Below, piece after piece: positions 1-10,000 of a stretch of DNA of 64,000 nucleotides. The position numbers and the translations under genes were made by a program. The notes beneath the pieces are model-generated. The model had not been told where the DNA came from. It saw nothing but the letters and a program-made list of their open reading frames with translations, and made no database searches. The stretch lies in NCBI GenBank assembly GCA_045637645.1, contig JAZTZV010000053.1, positions 4,417 to 68,416 on the forward strand, given 5' to 3'. This DNA comes from Acutalibacteraceae bacterium (GTDB lineage: Bacteria > Bacillota > Clostridia > Oscillospirales > Acutalibacteraceae). Every line of letters starts with the position of its first letter. Position 1 is the first letter of the stretch.

Positions 1-65
1 CAATGGGCAAGGTGCGTCGTTGTGTCCGTTTCCGCCGAATTTTCGGGGGTTCTGCCCTTAAATAA

Positions 66-92
66 GCGTGGTGCGTCGCACCGCGCTTTTTC
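66..92 (+). terminator. Intrinsic terminator/attenuator hairpin in the purE leader
   Basis: 9-bp stem GCGTGGTGC (66-74) / GCACCGCGC (78-86), 3-nt loop, then TTTTT. It lies upstream of the purE RBS AAGGAGG (106-112). Confidence 0.6.
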
Positions 93-122
93 ATTTGTCA
101 TTATCAAGGAGGATGCAGTATT

Positions 123-623
123 ATGGCAAAAAAAGTAGCAATTATTATGGGAAGCGACAGCGATCGCCCCATCGTACAAAAAGCGATGGACAAGCTTCAA
201 GGCTTCGGTGTCTCTTATGAAACACATATTTTCTCCGCACACCGCACGCCTGTGCAGGCGGCGGAATTTGCAAGATCCGCGCGAGAGAACGGCTTCGGCG
301 TCTTGATCGCCGCGGCGGGCATGGCGGCGCATTTGGCGGGTGCACTTGCCGCGCAGACAACGTTGCCCATCATCGGTATTCCGGTCAAATCTTCGACTTT
401 TGACGGCTTGGATGCGCTTCTTTCGACTGTGCAGATGCCTTCCGGCATGCCCGTTGCAACGGTTGCGGTTAACGGCGCGGAAAATGCGGCAATTTTGGCG
501 GCGCAAATTTTGGCGCTGTCCGACGATGAACTCGCCGCGAAATTGATTGCAATGCGCGAGGATATGACCGCGGCGGTTTTGAAAAAGGAAGCCGCGTTGC
601 AAGAAGAATTGTCGGCAAACTAA
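123..623 (+). CDS. purE: N5-carboxyaminoimidazole ribonucleotide mutase (class I PurE)
   Basis: 166 aa. MGSDSD, SAHRTP and AAGMAAHLAG motifs; RBS 11 nt upstream; first gene of the pur operon. Confidence 0.93.
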   Translation: MAKKVAIIMGSDSDRPIVQKAMDKLQGFGVSYETHIFSAHRTPVQAAEFARSARENGFGVLIAAAGMAAHLAGALAAQTTLPIIGIPVKSSTFDGLDALLSTVQMPSGMPVATVAVNGAENAAILAAQILALSDDELAAKLIAMREDMTAAVLKKEAALQEELSAN

Positions 624-654
624 TTTCGTAACCTCAAAGATTGGAGCAAAAAGT

Positions 655-2091
655 ATGATGGATTCCATTCATGAAGAATGCGGCGTATTCGGTATTTATG
701 ATCACGAAGAAGCCGACATCGTTGGTTTGACGTATATGGCGTTGTATGCTCTTCAACATCGCGGACAAGAAAGCTGCGGTATCGCTGTGAATGATGACGG
801 TGTGATTACCGGGTATAAAAACACGGGTCTTGTCGGTGATGTGTTTACGGCGCAAAACCTTGCCAATCTCTCCAAGGGTCAAATGGCAATCGGACATGCG
901 CGTTACGGTACGGTCGATAACAAAGGCCGCATCAACGCTCAACCGCTGATCGTGAATCATTGCAAGGGGTGTATGGCAATCGCCAACAACGGCAGCCTGA
1001 CCAATGCCGCCGCACTCCGTAAAGAAATGGAGATGCACGGCGCGATTTTTCACACCTCCACTGACGTCGAAGTGATTGCTCACGCAATCATCAACGCTCG
1101 CTTGACCGCCGGCTCGATCGAGCAAGCGATCGAACAAGCGATGTATAAGCTTGAGGGTTGCTACACCTTGTGTGTGATGTCTCCGAAAAAGCTGATTGCC
1201 GCGCGTGATCCGAAAGGATTCCGCCCGTTGTGTATCGGTGTCACGGAATCGGGCGGCTATGTGTTTGCTTCCGAATCCTGTGCGATCGATGCGGTCGGTG
1301 CGACGTTCCTTCGTGATGTGGAACCCGGCGAAATCGTGATTGCGGATCAAGACGGTCTGCGCTCGATCAAAACACATTGCGGCGATCCGAATACCGCGCT
1401 TTGCGTATTCGAATATGTGTACATTGCGCGTCCCGATTCGGTGATCGACGGCACCGGCGTGCATATAGCACGCAAACGGGCGGGCGAGATCCTTGCTAAG
1501 GAAAGTCCGGTTGATGCGGATGTCATCATCGGTGTTCCCGATTCGGGTCTTGATGCCGCTCTTGGCTATGCGCAGGAAAGCGGCATTCCGTACGGCATCG
1601 GTTTCCTCAAGAATAAATACATCGGCAGAACGTTTATTCAACCGACGCAAAAGCAACGTGAACGCGCGGTGCGCATCAAACTCAATCCCATTGCCGAAAC
1701 CGTTCGCGGCAAGCGCGTGGTGATGATCGACGATTCGATCGTGCGCGGCACGACAAGCGCTCCTATTATCAAACTGCTTCGCGAAGCGGGTGCTACCGAA
1801 GTGCATTTGCGCATCGCCTCGCCTCCTGTGAAATGTCCGTGTTACTACGGTGTGGATATTTCGTCCTCGACCGAATTGATCGCCAACAAACACACGATCG
1901 ATGAGGTTTGTCAGATTATCGGAGCCGATTCGCTTGCGTATCTGTCCGTAGATGGCGTCAGAAATCTTGCCAGAGAAACCAAAACCGGTTTCTGTACAGC
2001 ATGTTTCACAGGGGAGTATCCCGTTGAAGTGTCCGAAGATAAAATGTTCATCAGCAAGTACGAGCGTAAGCTCAGCGAGAAGAAAAAGTAA
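655..2091 (+). CDS. purF: Amidophosphoribosyltransferase
   Basis: 478 aa. Short propeptide then catalytic Cys (EECGVFGI); PRTase loop VVMIDDSIVRGTT; C-terminal Cys residues consistent with a 4Fe-4S type PurF. Confidence 0.95.
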   Translation: MMDSIHEECGVFGIYDHEEADIVGLTYMALYALQHRGQESCGIAVNDDGVITGYKNTGLVGDVFTAQNLANLSKGQMAIGHARYGTVDNKGRINAQPLIVNHCKGCMAIANNGSLTNAAALRKEMEMHGAIFHTSTDVEVIAHAIINARLTAGSIEQAIEQAMYKLEGCYTLCVMSPKKLIAARDPKGFRPLCIGVTESGGYVFASESCAIDAVGATFLRDVEPGEIVIADQDGLRSIKTHCGDPNTALCVFEYVYIARPDSVIDGTGVHIARKRAGEILAKESPVDADVIIGVPDSGLDAALGYAQESGIPYGIGFLKNKYIGRTFIQPTQKQRERAVRIKLNPIAETVRGKRVVMIDDSIVRGTTSAPIIKLLREAGATEVHLRIASPPVKCPCYYGVDISSSTELIANKHTIDEVCQIIGADSLAYLSVDGVRNLARETKTGFCTACFTGEYPVEVSEDKMFISKYERKLSEKKK

Positions 2092-2106
2092 AGGAGTTCA
2101 CGACTT

Positions 2107-3141
2107 ATGGAAAAGAGTTTCAGCGAAAGTTATAAAAATGCAGGCGTGGATATCACCGCGGGTTATGAAGCGGTGCGCTTGATGAAGGATCACGTCAAAC
2201 GTACGCAACGTGACGGTGTGATGTCGGCGATCGGCGGCTTCGGCGGCCTGTTTGCTCCGAATCTCGCAGGCATGCAAAAGCCCGTGCTTGTCAGCGGCAC
2301 CGACGGTGTCGGCACCAAACTGAAGATTGCGTTTTTGATGGATAAGCACGACACGGTCGGCATCGACTGCGTCGCCATGTGTGTCAACGACGTCGCGTGC
2401 TGCGGTGCTGAGCCGTTGTTCTTCCTCGACTATGTCGCGGTGGGCAAGAACGTGCCCGAGCGTGTGGCGGCAATCGTCAGCGGCGTTGCCGACGGTTGTG
2501 TCCAAGCGGGTTGTGCGCTCATCGGCGGCGAGACCGCCGAGATGCCCGGCTTCTATCCCGAAGATGAATATGACCTCGCCGGTTTCACGGTGGGCGTCGT
2601 GGATGAGCCGAAAATTTTCGATAACACCAAAGTTACCGAAGGTGATGTCATCATCGCGCTTCCCTCGAGCGGTGTGCACTCGAACGGCTTCTCGCTCGTG
2701 CGTAAAGTGTTCGATATCGAAAATGCCGATCTGAAAATGTACAGTGATGAACTGGGCATGACCCTTGGCGAGGCGCTGTTGACCCCGACCCGTATTTATG
2801 TCAAGCCGATGCTCGCGCTTGCAAAAGACGTGACCGACAAAGCTGTGTCGCACATCACGGGCGGCGGCTTCTATGAAAACATTCCGCGTAGCCTGCCCGA
2901 AGGCTTCGCCGCCAAGATCGACAGCGCGGCTCTGCGCATTCTGCCGATCTTCAACCTGCTCCAAAAAACGGGCAACATCCCCGAGCGTGACATGTTCAAC
3001 ACCTACAACATGGGCGTTGGCATGAGCATTGTCGTGGCGAAGGAAGATGCCGATAAGGCGTTGAACATCCTCCGTGCGGCGGGCGAAAACGCGTACATCT
3101 GCGGCGAGATCGTCAAAGGCGACGGCGTCATCTTCGCGTAA
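2107..3141 (+). CDS. purM: Phosphoribosylformylglycinamidine cyclo-ligase (AIR synthetase)
   Basis: 344 aa. [15 protein letters not shown] and GGETAEMPG motifs. Confidence 0.95.
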   Translation: MEKSFSESYKNAGVDITAGYEAVRLMKDHVKRTQRDGVMSAIGGFGGLFAPNLAGMQKPVLVSGTDGVGTKLKIAFLMDKHDTVGIDCVAMCVNDVACCGAEPLFFLDYVAVGKNVPERVAAIVSGVADGCVQAGCALIGGETAEMPGFYPEDEYDLAGFTVGVVDEPKIFDNTKVTEGDVIIALPSSGVHSNGFSLVRKVFDIENADLKMYSDELGMTLGEALLTPTRIYVKPMLALAKDVTDKAVSHITGGGFYENIPRSLPEGFAAKIDSAALRILPIFNLLQKTGNIPERDMFNTYNMGVGMSIVVAKEDADKALNILRAAGENAYICGEIVKGDGVIFA

Positions 3142-3152
3142 GAGGTGCCGCC

Positions 3153-3755
3153 ATGAAAACTGTTAAAACAGCGGTGCTGTGCAGTGGCGGCGGCACCAAT
3201 CTGCAAGCCATCATCGACGCTCACGCACGCGGCGAATTGCCGCATGTGGAACTGTCGCTCGTGGTCGGCAGTAAAGACGGCATCTACTCGCTCGAGCGTG
3301 CCGCCAACGCCAACATCCCCGCGGCGGTTGTGGCGCGTAAAGCGTATGCTTCTGCCGCCGAATTCGAAAAAGCACTTGTGACGCTTTTGGAAGAGTATGA
3401 AATCGATGTGATCGTGCTGGCAGGTTTCCTGACGGTGTTGTCCGAAGATTTCGTCAAACGCTATCCCGAGCGTATTTTGAACGTGCATCCGTCCTTGATC
3501 CCGTCTTTTTGCGGTGACGGCTTTTACGGTTTGCGCGTACACGAAGCGGCACTTGAAAAGGGTGTCAAGGTTACAGGCGCTACCGTCCACTTTGTCAACG
3601 AAATCACCGACGGCGGTCGCATCATCGCACAAAAAGCGGTGGATGTGCTCGAAGGGGATACCCCCGAGATTTTGCAACGTCGCGTGATGGAGCAAGCCGA
3701 GTGGCTGTTGCTTCCTGCCGCGCTTGAAACGGTTTGTAAAGCACTTGCACAATGA
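3153..3755 (+). CDS. purN: Phosphoribosylglycinamide formyltransferase
   Basis: 200 aa. VLAGFL, NVHPSLIP and ATVHFV formyltransferase motifs. Confidence 0.93.
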   Translation: MKTVKTAVLCSGGGTNLQAIIDAHARGELPHVELSLVVGSKDGIYSLERAANANIPAAVVARKAYASAAEFEKALVTLLEEYEIDVIVLAGFLTVLSEDFVKRYPERILNVHPSLIPSFCGDGFYGLRVHEAALEKGVKVTGATVHFVNEITDGGRIIAQKAVDVLEGDTPEILQRRVMEQAEWLLLPAALETVCKALAQ

Positions 3756-3773
3756 GATAAGGAGAGAAAACGA

Positions 3774-4481
3774 ATGGTTAAGTTTCTTGAAGAACTGTCC
3801 TCGAACAGTTATCCCGGCCGTGGCATCATGATCGGCAAATCCGCCGACGGTGCTTCTGCGGTTATCGCATATTTCATCATGGGTCGCTCGGTCAACAGCC
3901 GTAACCGCGTGTTTGTACCGTTTGAGCAAGGCATCCGCACTCAGGCTCACGATCCCGCGCTTTTGTCCGATCCGTCCTTGATCATCTACGCACCTGTGCG
4001 TGTGGTGAACGGTCAAACCATCGTCACCAACGGCGATCAAACCGACACGATCTATGATTTCATGAAAGACGGCAAAACCTTCGAAGAAGCGCTCCGTACG
4101 CGCGAATTCGAACCCGATGCCCCGAACTTCACTCCGCGTATCAGCGGCCTTGTGATGCCCGCCGACGGCGATTTTGCCGCGAAAATGAGCATCCTCAAGA
4201 GCGATGACGGTCGTGAATCTTCCTGCGTGCGTTACACCTTCGATTACGACAATATCCAAGCGGGTGAGGGTCGTTTCCTTCACACCTACTTCTGCGACGG
4301 TGATCCCATCCCGTCCTTCAAAGGCGAACCCAAAAAGGTTGCCATCGACGGTGACATCGACGCGTTCACCGCGTCTGTGTGGGAAAACCTCAACGAGGAC
4401 AACAAGGTGTCGCTCTTTGTGCGTTACATCGATTTGAAAAACGGCGGGGAAGAGACCCGCATCGTCAATAAATTCAACTAA
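3774..4481 (+). CDS. IMP cyclohydrolase, PurO-like (archaeal-type)
   Basis: 235 aa. YPGRGIMIG, NGDQTDTI and EPDAPNFTPRIS resemble archaeal PurO. It sits directly before an AICARFT-only purH. Confidence 0.75.
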   Translation: MVKFLEELSSNSYPGRGIMIGKSADGASAVIAYFIMGRSVNSRNRVFVPFEQGIRTQAHDPALLSDPSLIIYAPVRVVNGQTIVTNGDQTDTIYDFMKDGKTFEEALRTREFEPDAPNFTPRISGLVMPADGDFAAKMSILKSDDGRESSCVRYTFDYDNIQAGEGRFLHTYFCDGDPIPSFKGEPKKVAIDGDIDAFTASVWENLNEDNKVSLFVRYIDLKNGGEETRIVNKFN

Positions 4482-4501
4482 GGAAAGGATGGCGCTCTCG
4501 T

Positions 4502-5680
4502 ATGGCGAACGAACTCGAACTTAAATACGGTTGCAACCCCAACCAAAAACCTTCCCGAATTTTCATGGAAAACGGTGCTGATCTGCCCATCACGGTGCTT
4601 TGCGGCAAACCCGGTTTCATCAACTTCCTCGATGCGTTTAACAGCTATCAGCTCGTGCGCGAACTGAAAGCGGCAACGGGTCTTCCCGCGGCGACCTCCT
4701 TCAAACACGTCAGCCCTGCCGGTGCGGCGGTCGGCGTGCCGCTCGACGACACCCTTCGTCAAATCTACTTTGTCGGTGACGCGGAACTGTCTCCGCTTGC
4801 GTGTGCGTATGCCCGTGCGCGCGGCACCGATCGTATGTCGTCTTTCGGCGACTGGATCGCGTTGTCCGATGTGTGCGACGTTCCCACCGCGAAGCTCATT
4901 CAACACGAAGTGTCTGACGGTGTCATCGCCCCCGGCTATGAGCCTGAGGCGCTCGAGATTTTGAAATCCAAGCGCAAGGGCAACTACAACATCGTGCAAA
5001 TCGATGACAGCTACGTTCCCGAAGCGATTGAGCGCAAGCAAGTCTATGGCATCACCTTTGAGCAAGGTCGCAACGAGCTGAAGATCGATAACAGCTCGTT
5101 TGACAACATGGTCACCGACATGAAAGATCTTCCCGAGGATGCTAAGCGCGATTTGATCATCGCACTCATCACTTTGAAATATACCCAATCGAACTCGGTG
5201 TGCTACGCCAAGGGCGGTCAAACCATCGGCGTCGGTGCGGGTCAACAGTCCCGCATCCATTGCGTGCGTTTGGCGGGCAACAAAGCGGACATTTGGCATC
5301 TGCGTCAACATCCGAAAACGCTGGCGCTTCCGTTCCGTGACGATATTCCGCGCCCCAACCGCGACAATGCGATCGACGTGTACATCTCCGATGAATACGA
5401 AGACGTGATCGGCGACGATGTGTGGCAAAACACCTTCACCGAGCAACCCGCACCCCTTACCCGTGAGGAGAAAAAGGCGTTCCTCAGCACGTTCAACGAT
5501 GTGTCTCTCGGTTCCGATGCGTTCTTCCCGTTCGACGATAACATCGAGCGTGCACGCCGTAGCGGTGTGAAATACATCGTGCAACCCGGCGGCTCTATCC
5601 GTGACGATATCGTTATCGAAGCGTGCAATAAATACGGCATCGCGATGGCGTTCACGGGCATCCGTTTGTTCCACCACTAA
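4502..5680 (+). CDS. purH: AICAR formyltransferase (PurH C-terminal domain only, no MGS-like IMPCH domain)
   Basis: 392 aa. LKYGCNPNQ, GVGAGQQSR, SDAFFPFDD, QPGGSIRD and TGIRLFHH match the AICARFT half of PurH. Confidence 0.88.
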   Translation: MANELELKYGCNPNQKPSRIFMENGADLPITVLCGKPGFINFLDAFNSYQLVRELKAATGLPAATSFKHVSPAGAAVGVPLDDTLRQIYFVGDAELSPLACAYARARGTDRMSSFGDWIALSDVCDVPTAKLIQHEVSDGVIAPGYEPEALEILKSKRKGNYNIVQIDDSYVPEAIERKQVYGITFEQGRNELKIDNSSFDNMVTDMKDLPEDAKRDLIIALITLKYTQSNSVCYAKGGQTIGVGAGQQSRIHCVRLAGNKADIWHLRQHPKTLALPFRDDIPRPNRDNAIDVYISDEYEDVIGDDVWQNTFTEQPAPLTREEKKAFLSTFNDVSLGSDAFFPFDDNIERARRSGVKYIVQPGGSIRDDIVIEACNKYGIAMAFTGIRLFHH

Positions 5681-5701
5681 TCCGAAAGGAGACAACATCC
5701 G

Positions 5702-6979
5702 ATGAAACTGATGGTTGTCGGCGGTGGCGGGCGAGAGCACGCCATCATCAAAAAATTGAAAGAAAACCCTGCGGTCGAGACGATTTTTGCTCTGCCCGGT
5801 AACGGTGGCATCGCGGCGGACGCGACCTGCGTGCCGATTGCCGCGACCGACCTTGATGGTATTGTGGCGTTTGCCAAAGAGAACGCAATTGATTTTGCGG
5901 TCGTCGCTCCCGATGATCCGCTTGTGCTCGGTTGCGTGGATCGCCTTGAAGAAATCGGCATTCCCGCTTTCGGACCGAAAGCGAACGCCGCTATCATCGA
6001 AGGCAGTAAGGTGTTTTCCAAAAACCTCATGAAAACCTACGGCATTCCGACGGCAGGCTACGAGGTGTTCGACGATGCCGCCAAAGCACTTGACTATGTC
6101 AAGGAAGCGGCGTTGCCTCTCGTTGTGAAAGCGGACGGCTTGGCGCTCGGTAAAGGCGTTCTCATTTGCGAGACGCGTGAGCAAGCGATCGATGCGGTCG
6201 ATTCCATTATGAACGATCACAAGTTCGGCAAGAGCGGCGATCAAATCGTGGTGGAGGAATTCCTCACGGGCCCCGAAGTGTCGGTGCTGTGCTTCACGGA
6301 CGGTAAGACCCTCGCGCCGATGGTCAGCTCGATGGATCACAAGCGTGCGCTTGACGGCGACAAAGGCTTGAATACGGGCGCTATGGGCACCGTTGCCCCG
6401 AACCCCTATTACACCGACGATGTCGCAAAGATCTGCATGGACACGATCTTTGTGCCGACCATCGAAGCAATGGCGAAAGAGGGAAGACCCTTTGCGGGTT
6501 GCCTTTATTTCGGCTTGATGCTCACGCCGAACGGCCCGAAGGTGATCGAATACAACTGCCGTTTCGGCGATCCCGAAACGCAAGTCGTGTTGCCCCTCCT
6601 CAAATCGGATCTGCTCACGATCATGAAGGCCTGCCAAAACGGCACGCTCGATCAAGTGGATGTCGAATTTGACAACGGCGCGGCGGCGTGTGTCATTGTT
6701 GCGTCGGGCGGTTATCCCGAAAGCTATGAAAAAGGCTTCGCGCTTCGCGGCCTTGACGAAAACGGCGGCGCCGCAGGTGTCACCGTGTACCACGCGGGCA
6801 CAGCTCTTAAAGACGGCGTGCTCGTCAACAACGGCGGTCGCGTGCTCGGTGTCACGGGTGCGGCGGACACGCTCCAAGGCGCGCTCGACAAAGCCTATGC
6901 GGCTGTTGAGACCATTTCGTTCGACGGCAGCTTCTATCGCCGTGACATCGGCGCGAAAGCGCTTGCCGCAAAGGCGTAA
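5702..6979 (+). CDS. purD: Phosphoribosylamine-glycine ligase
   Basis: 425 aa. MKLMVVGGGGREHA N-terminus, ATP-grasp core, NCRFGDPETQ. Confidence 0.95.
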   Translation: MKLMVVGGGGREHAIIKKLKENPAVETIFALPGNGGIAADATCVPIAATDLDGIVAFAKENAIDFAVVAPDDPLVLGCVDRLEEIGIPAFGPKANAAIIEGSKVFSKNLMKTYGIPTAGYEVFDDAAKALDYVKEAALPLVVKADGLALGKGVLICETREQAIDAVDSIMNDHKFGKSGDQIVVEEFLTGPEVSVLCFTDGKTLAPMVSSMDHKRALDGDKGLNTGAMGTVAPNPYYTDDVAKICMDTIFVPTIEAMAKEGRPFAGCLYFGLMLTPNGPKVIEYNCRFGDPETQVVLPLLKSDLLTIMKACQNGTLDQVDVEFDNGAAACVIVASGGYPESYEKGFALRGLDENGGAAGVTVYHAGTALKDGVLVNNGGRVLGVTGAADTLQGALDKAYAAVETISFDGSFYRRDIGAKALAAKA

Positions 6980-7005
6980 ATTTATGTATAAAGGAGGCAC
7001 CGACC

Positions 7006-10000
7006 GTGTCTGTTTATCGTTTGTTTGTCGAAAAGAAACCGCCTTACGCTGTGGAAGCGGGCAAACTTCTTTCCGAGATTCGTTCTCAACTTCTCATTGA
7101 TTCGGTGGATTCGCTTCGTTTGTTCAACCGTTATGACGTCGAGGGTATCGACGAAGCACTGTTGAACGCGACCGAAAAAACCGTATTCTCCGAGCCCCAA
7201 CTTGACGATGTGTACACGACCCTGCCCGAAACAAACGGCATCGTGTTCGCTGTCGAATATCTGCCCGGTCAATTTGATCAACGCGCCGATTCCTGCGCGC
7301 AATGTATCCAGATCGTGTCGCAAGGCGATCGTCCGCTCGTGCGCACCGCGCGTGTGTTTGTGCTCGAGGGCAACATCTCCGATGCAGATCTTGCCGCGAT
7401 CAAAAAGCATGTGATCAACCCCGTGGAAAGCCGCGAAGCGTCGCTTGACACAGTGGAAACTCTCAATGTGACCTATGACGTTCCCACAGCGGTGGAAACG
7501 CTTCATGGTTTCATTGAACTCAATCGCGAGCAACTTGCCGCGTTTGTCGATCAATACGGTCTTGCTATGGATGCTGATGATATCGCGTTCTGCCAAGACT
7601 ATTTCAAGTCCGAGCATCGCGATCCCACCATCACCGAAATTCGCATGATCGACACCTACTGGTCGGATCACTGCCGTCACACCACCTTCCTCACCACCAT
7701 CGACGATGTCACGTTTGAGGACGCGAAGGTGGAGGAAGCCTACGGCGATTACATCGCGATCCGTAAGGAACTTGGTCGCACCAAACCTATCAACCTGATG
7801 GATGTCGCGACCATGGGCATGCGTTACCTCAAAGCAAAGGGCATGCTCCCGAAACTCGACGAGTGCGAAGAGATGAACGCTTGTACTGTTAAGGTCGACG
7901 TGGATGTCGAGGGTGAAACCGAGAAGTGGCTGTTCCTCTTTAAAAACGAAACTCACAATCACCCGACCGAAATCGAACCGTTCGGCGGTGCCGCCACTTG
8001 CATCGGCGGCGCGATCCGCGATCCGCTGTCGGGCAGAAGTTATGTCTATCAAGCGATGCGTGTGACGGGTGCGGCAGATCCGCTTCTTCCCGTTGCCGAA
8101 ACGATGTCGGGCAAGCTTCCGCAACGCACCATCGTGACGACCGCCGCCGCGGGCTACAGCTCCTACGGTAACCAAATCGGTCTTGCCACGGGTCAAGTTG
8201 ATGAGATCTATCACCCCGGCTATGTTGCCAAGCGTATGGAGATCGGCGCTGTTGTCGGTGCCGCTCCCGAAGCGAACGTGCGTCGTGAGGTTCCTGCTGA
8301 CGGCGACATCGTTGTGCTTCTCGGCGGTCGTACCGGCCGCGACGGTTGCGGCGGTGCAACCGGTTCTTCGAAATCCCACACGCTTGGCTCGCTGGAAACC
8401 TGCGGTGCTGAAGTGCAAAAGGGTAATGCTCCTGAAGAACGCAAACTCCAACGTCTGTTCCGTAATCCCGAAGCGACGCGCCTTATCAAGCGTTGCAACG
8501 ACTTCGGTGCAGGCGGTGTGTCGGTTGCGATCGGCGAACTTGCCGACGGCTTGACCATCGACCTCAACGCGGTTCCCAAGAAATACGAAGGACTCGATGG
8601 CACCGAACTGGCGATTTCTGAGTCGCAAGAACGTATGGCGGTCGTGCTTGATCCGAAGGATGTCGACGCGTTCGTTGCGCTGGCACATTCCGAGAACCTT
8701 GAAGCCACCATCGTGGCGCGTGTCACTGAAAACCCGCGCCTTGTCATGCACTGGAACGGCAAGGGTATTGTTGATCTCTCCCGTGAATTTCTCAATTCGA
8801 ACGGTGCCGAGAAACACGTCAAGGTGCATGTCAGTGCTCCGAAAGCGATCGCGCGTGCGGTCAGCGGCAACTTCGCCGACAATGCCAATGCGCTTGCAAC
8901 CGATCTGAACGTTTGCTCGAAGCGCGGCCTTTCTGAGCGCTTTGACGCGACCATCGGTGCGTCGACGGTGTTGATGCCGTTTGGCGGTAAATATCAAATG
9001 ACCCCCGCGCAAATGATGGCGGCGAAACTCCCCGTTGAGGGCAAAGAAACCACCACCTGCTCGGCGATGGCATATGGCTACAACCCGTTTATCACCGAAA
9101 ATGATCCCTTTGTCGGCGCGTATCTCGCGGTTGTCGAATCGGTGTCGAAGCTGGTCGCGGGTGGTACGGGTCTTGAAAATGCCTATCTCACGTTCCAAGA
9201 ATATTTCGAGCGTGTCAACTTTGAACCCGCCCGTTGGGGTAAACCGCTGAGCGCGTTGCTCGGCGCGATGAAAGCGCAAACCGATCTCGGCCTTGCGTCC
9301 ATCGGCGGTAAAGACTCCATGAGCGGTTCGTTCGAGAAGATCGACGTTCCCCCGACGCTTGTGTCGTTTGCGGTGTCGGTCTGCTCGACCAAAACCATCA
9401 CCTCCGCCGAATTCAAAAAAGCGGGCAGCACGGTTTGCTATCTCGAGCCGACTTACCTTGCGGACGGTCGTCCTGCAATCGAGTCGCTCCGCGAGGTTTA
9501 TGAGACCGTGTCGAAGTTGATTGCGGAAGGCAAAGTACTGGCTTGCTCGACCGCGACTTACGGCGGCGTGGCGGAAGCGGTGCTGAAGATGACGCTCGGC
9601 AACCGCATCGGTCTTGCGATGAACGACATCGATATGGATACCTTGTTCGGCTATCGTTACGGCGCGTTTGTGCTGGAGCTTGCTGAAGATGTTGAGTCTG
9701 TCGGCAAGGTGCTCGGTACGACCACCGAAGCTTATGAAGTGACTTACGGCGACGAAGTCGTCGATATGACCGCGTGGCAAGCGGCTTACGAGAACAAACT
9801 CGAGCCTGTCTACGCCTGCAATATCGATTTTGATAAAGCACCCATTCCGGCTTATACGTTCGCGGCGAAAGAGCGCGTTGCTCCCGCCATCAAAGTGGCG
9901 AAACCTCGCGTGTTGATCCCCGTGTTCCCGGGCACCAACTGCGAATACGACACCGCGAAAGCGTTCGCTCGCGCGGGTGCTGAGCCCGAGATTTTGGTGG

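Noticed and set aside
1-65. Calling the purE leader a guanine/purine riboswitch.
   Set aside because: Only the 3' part is in the window, and it does not contain the conserved purine-aptamer junction and loop sequences I can recall. I report it only as an unclassified attenuator.
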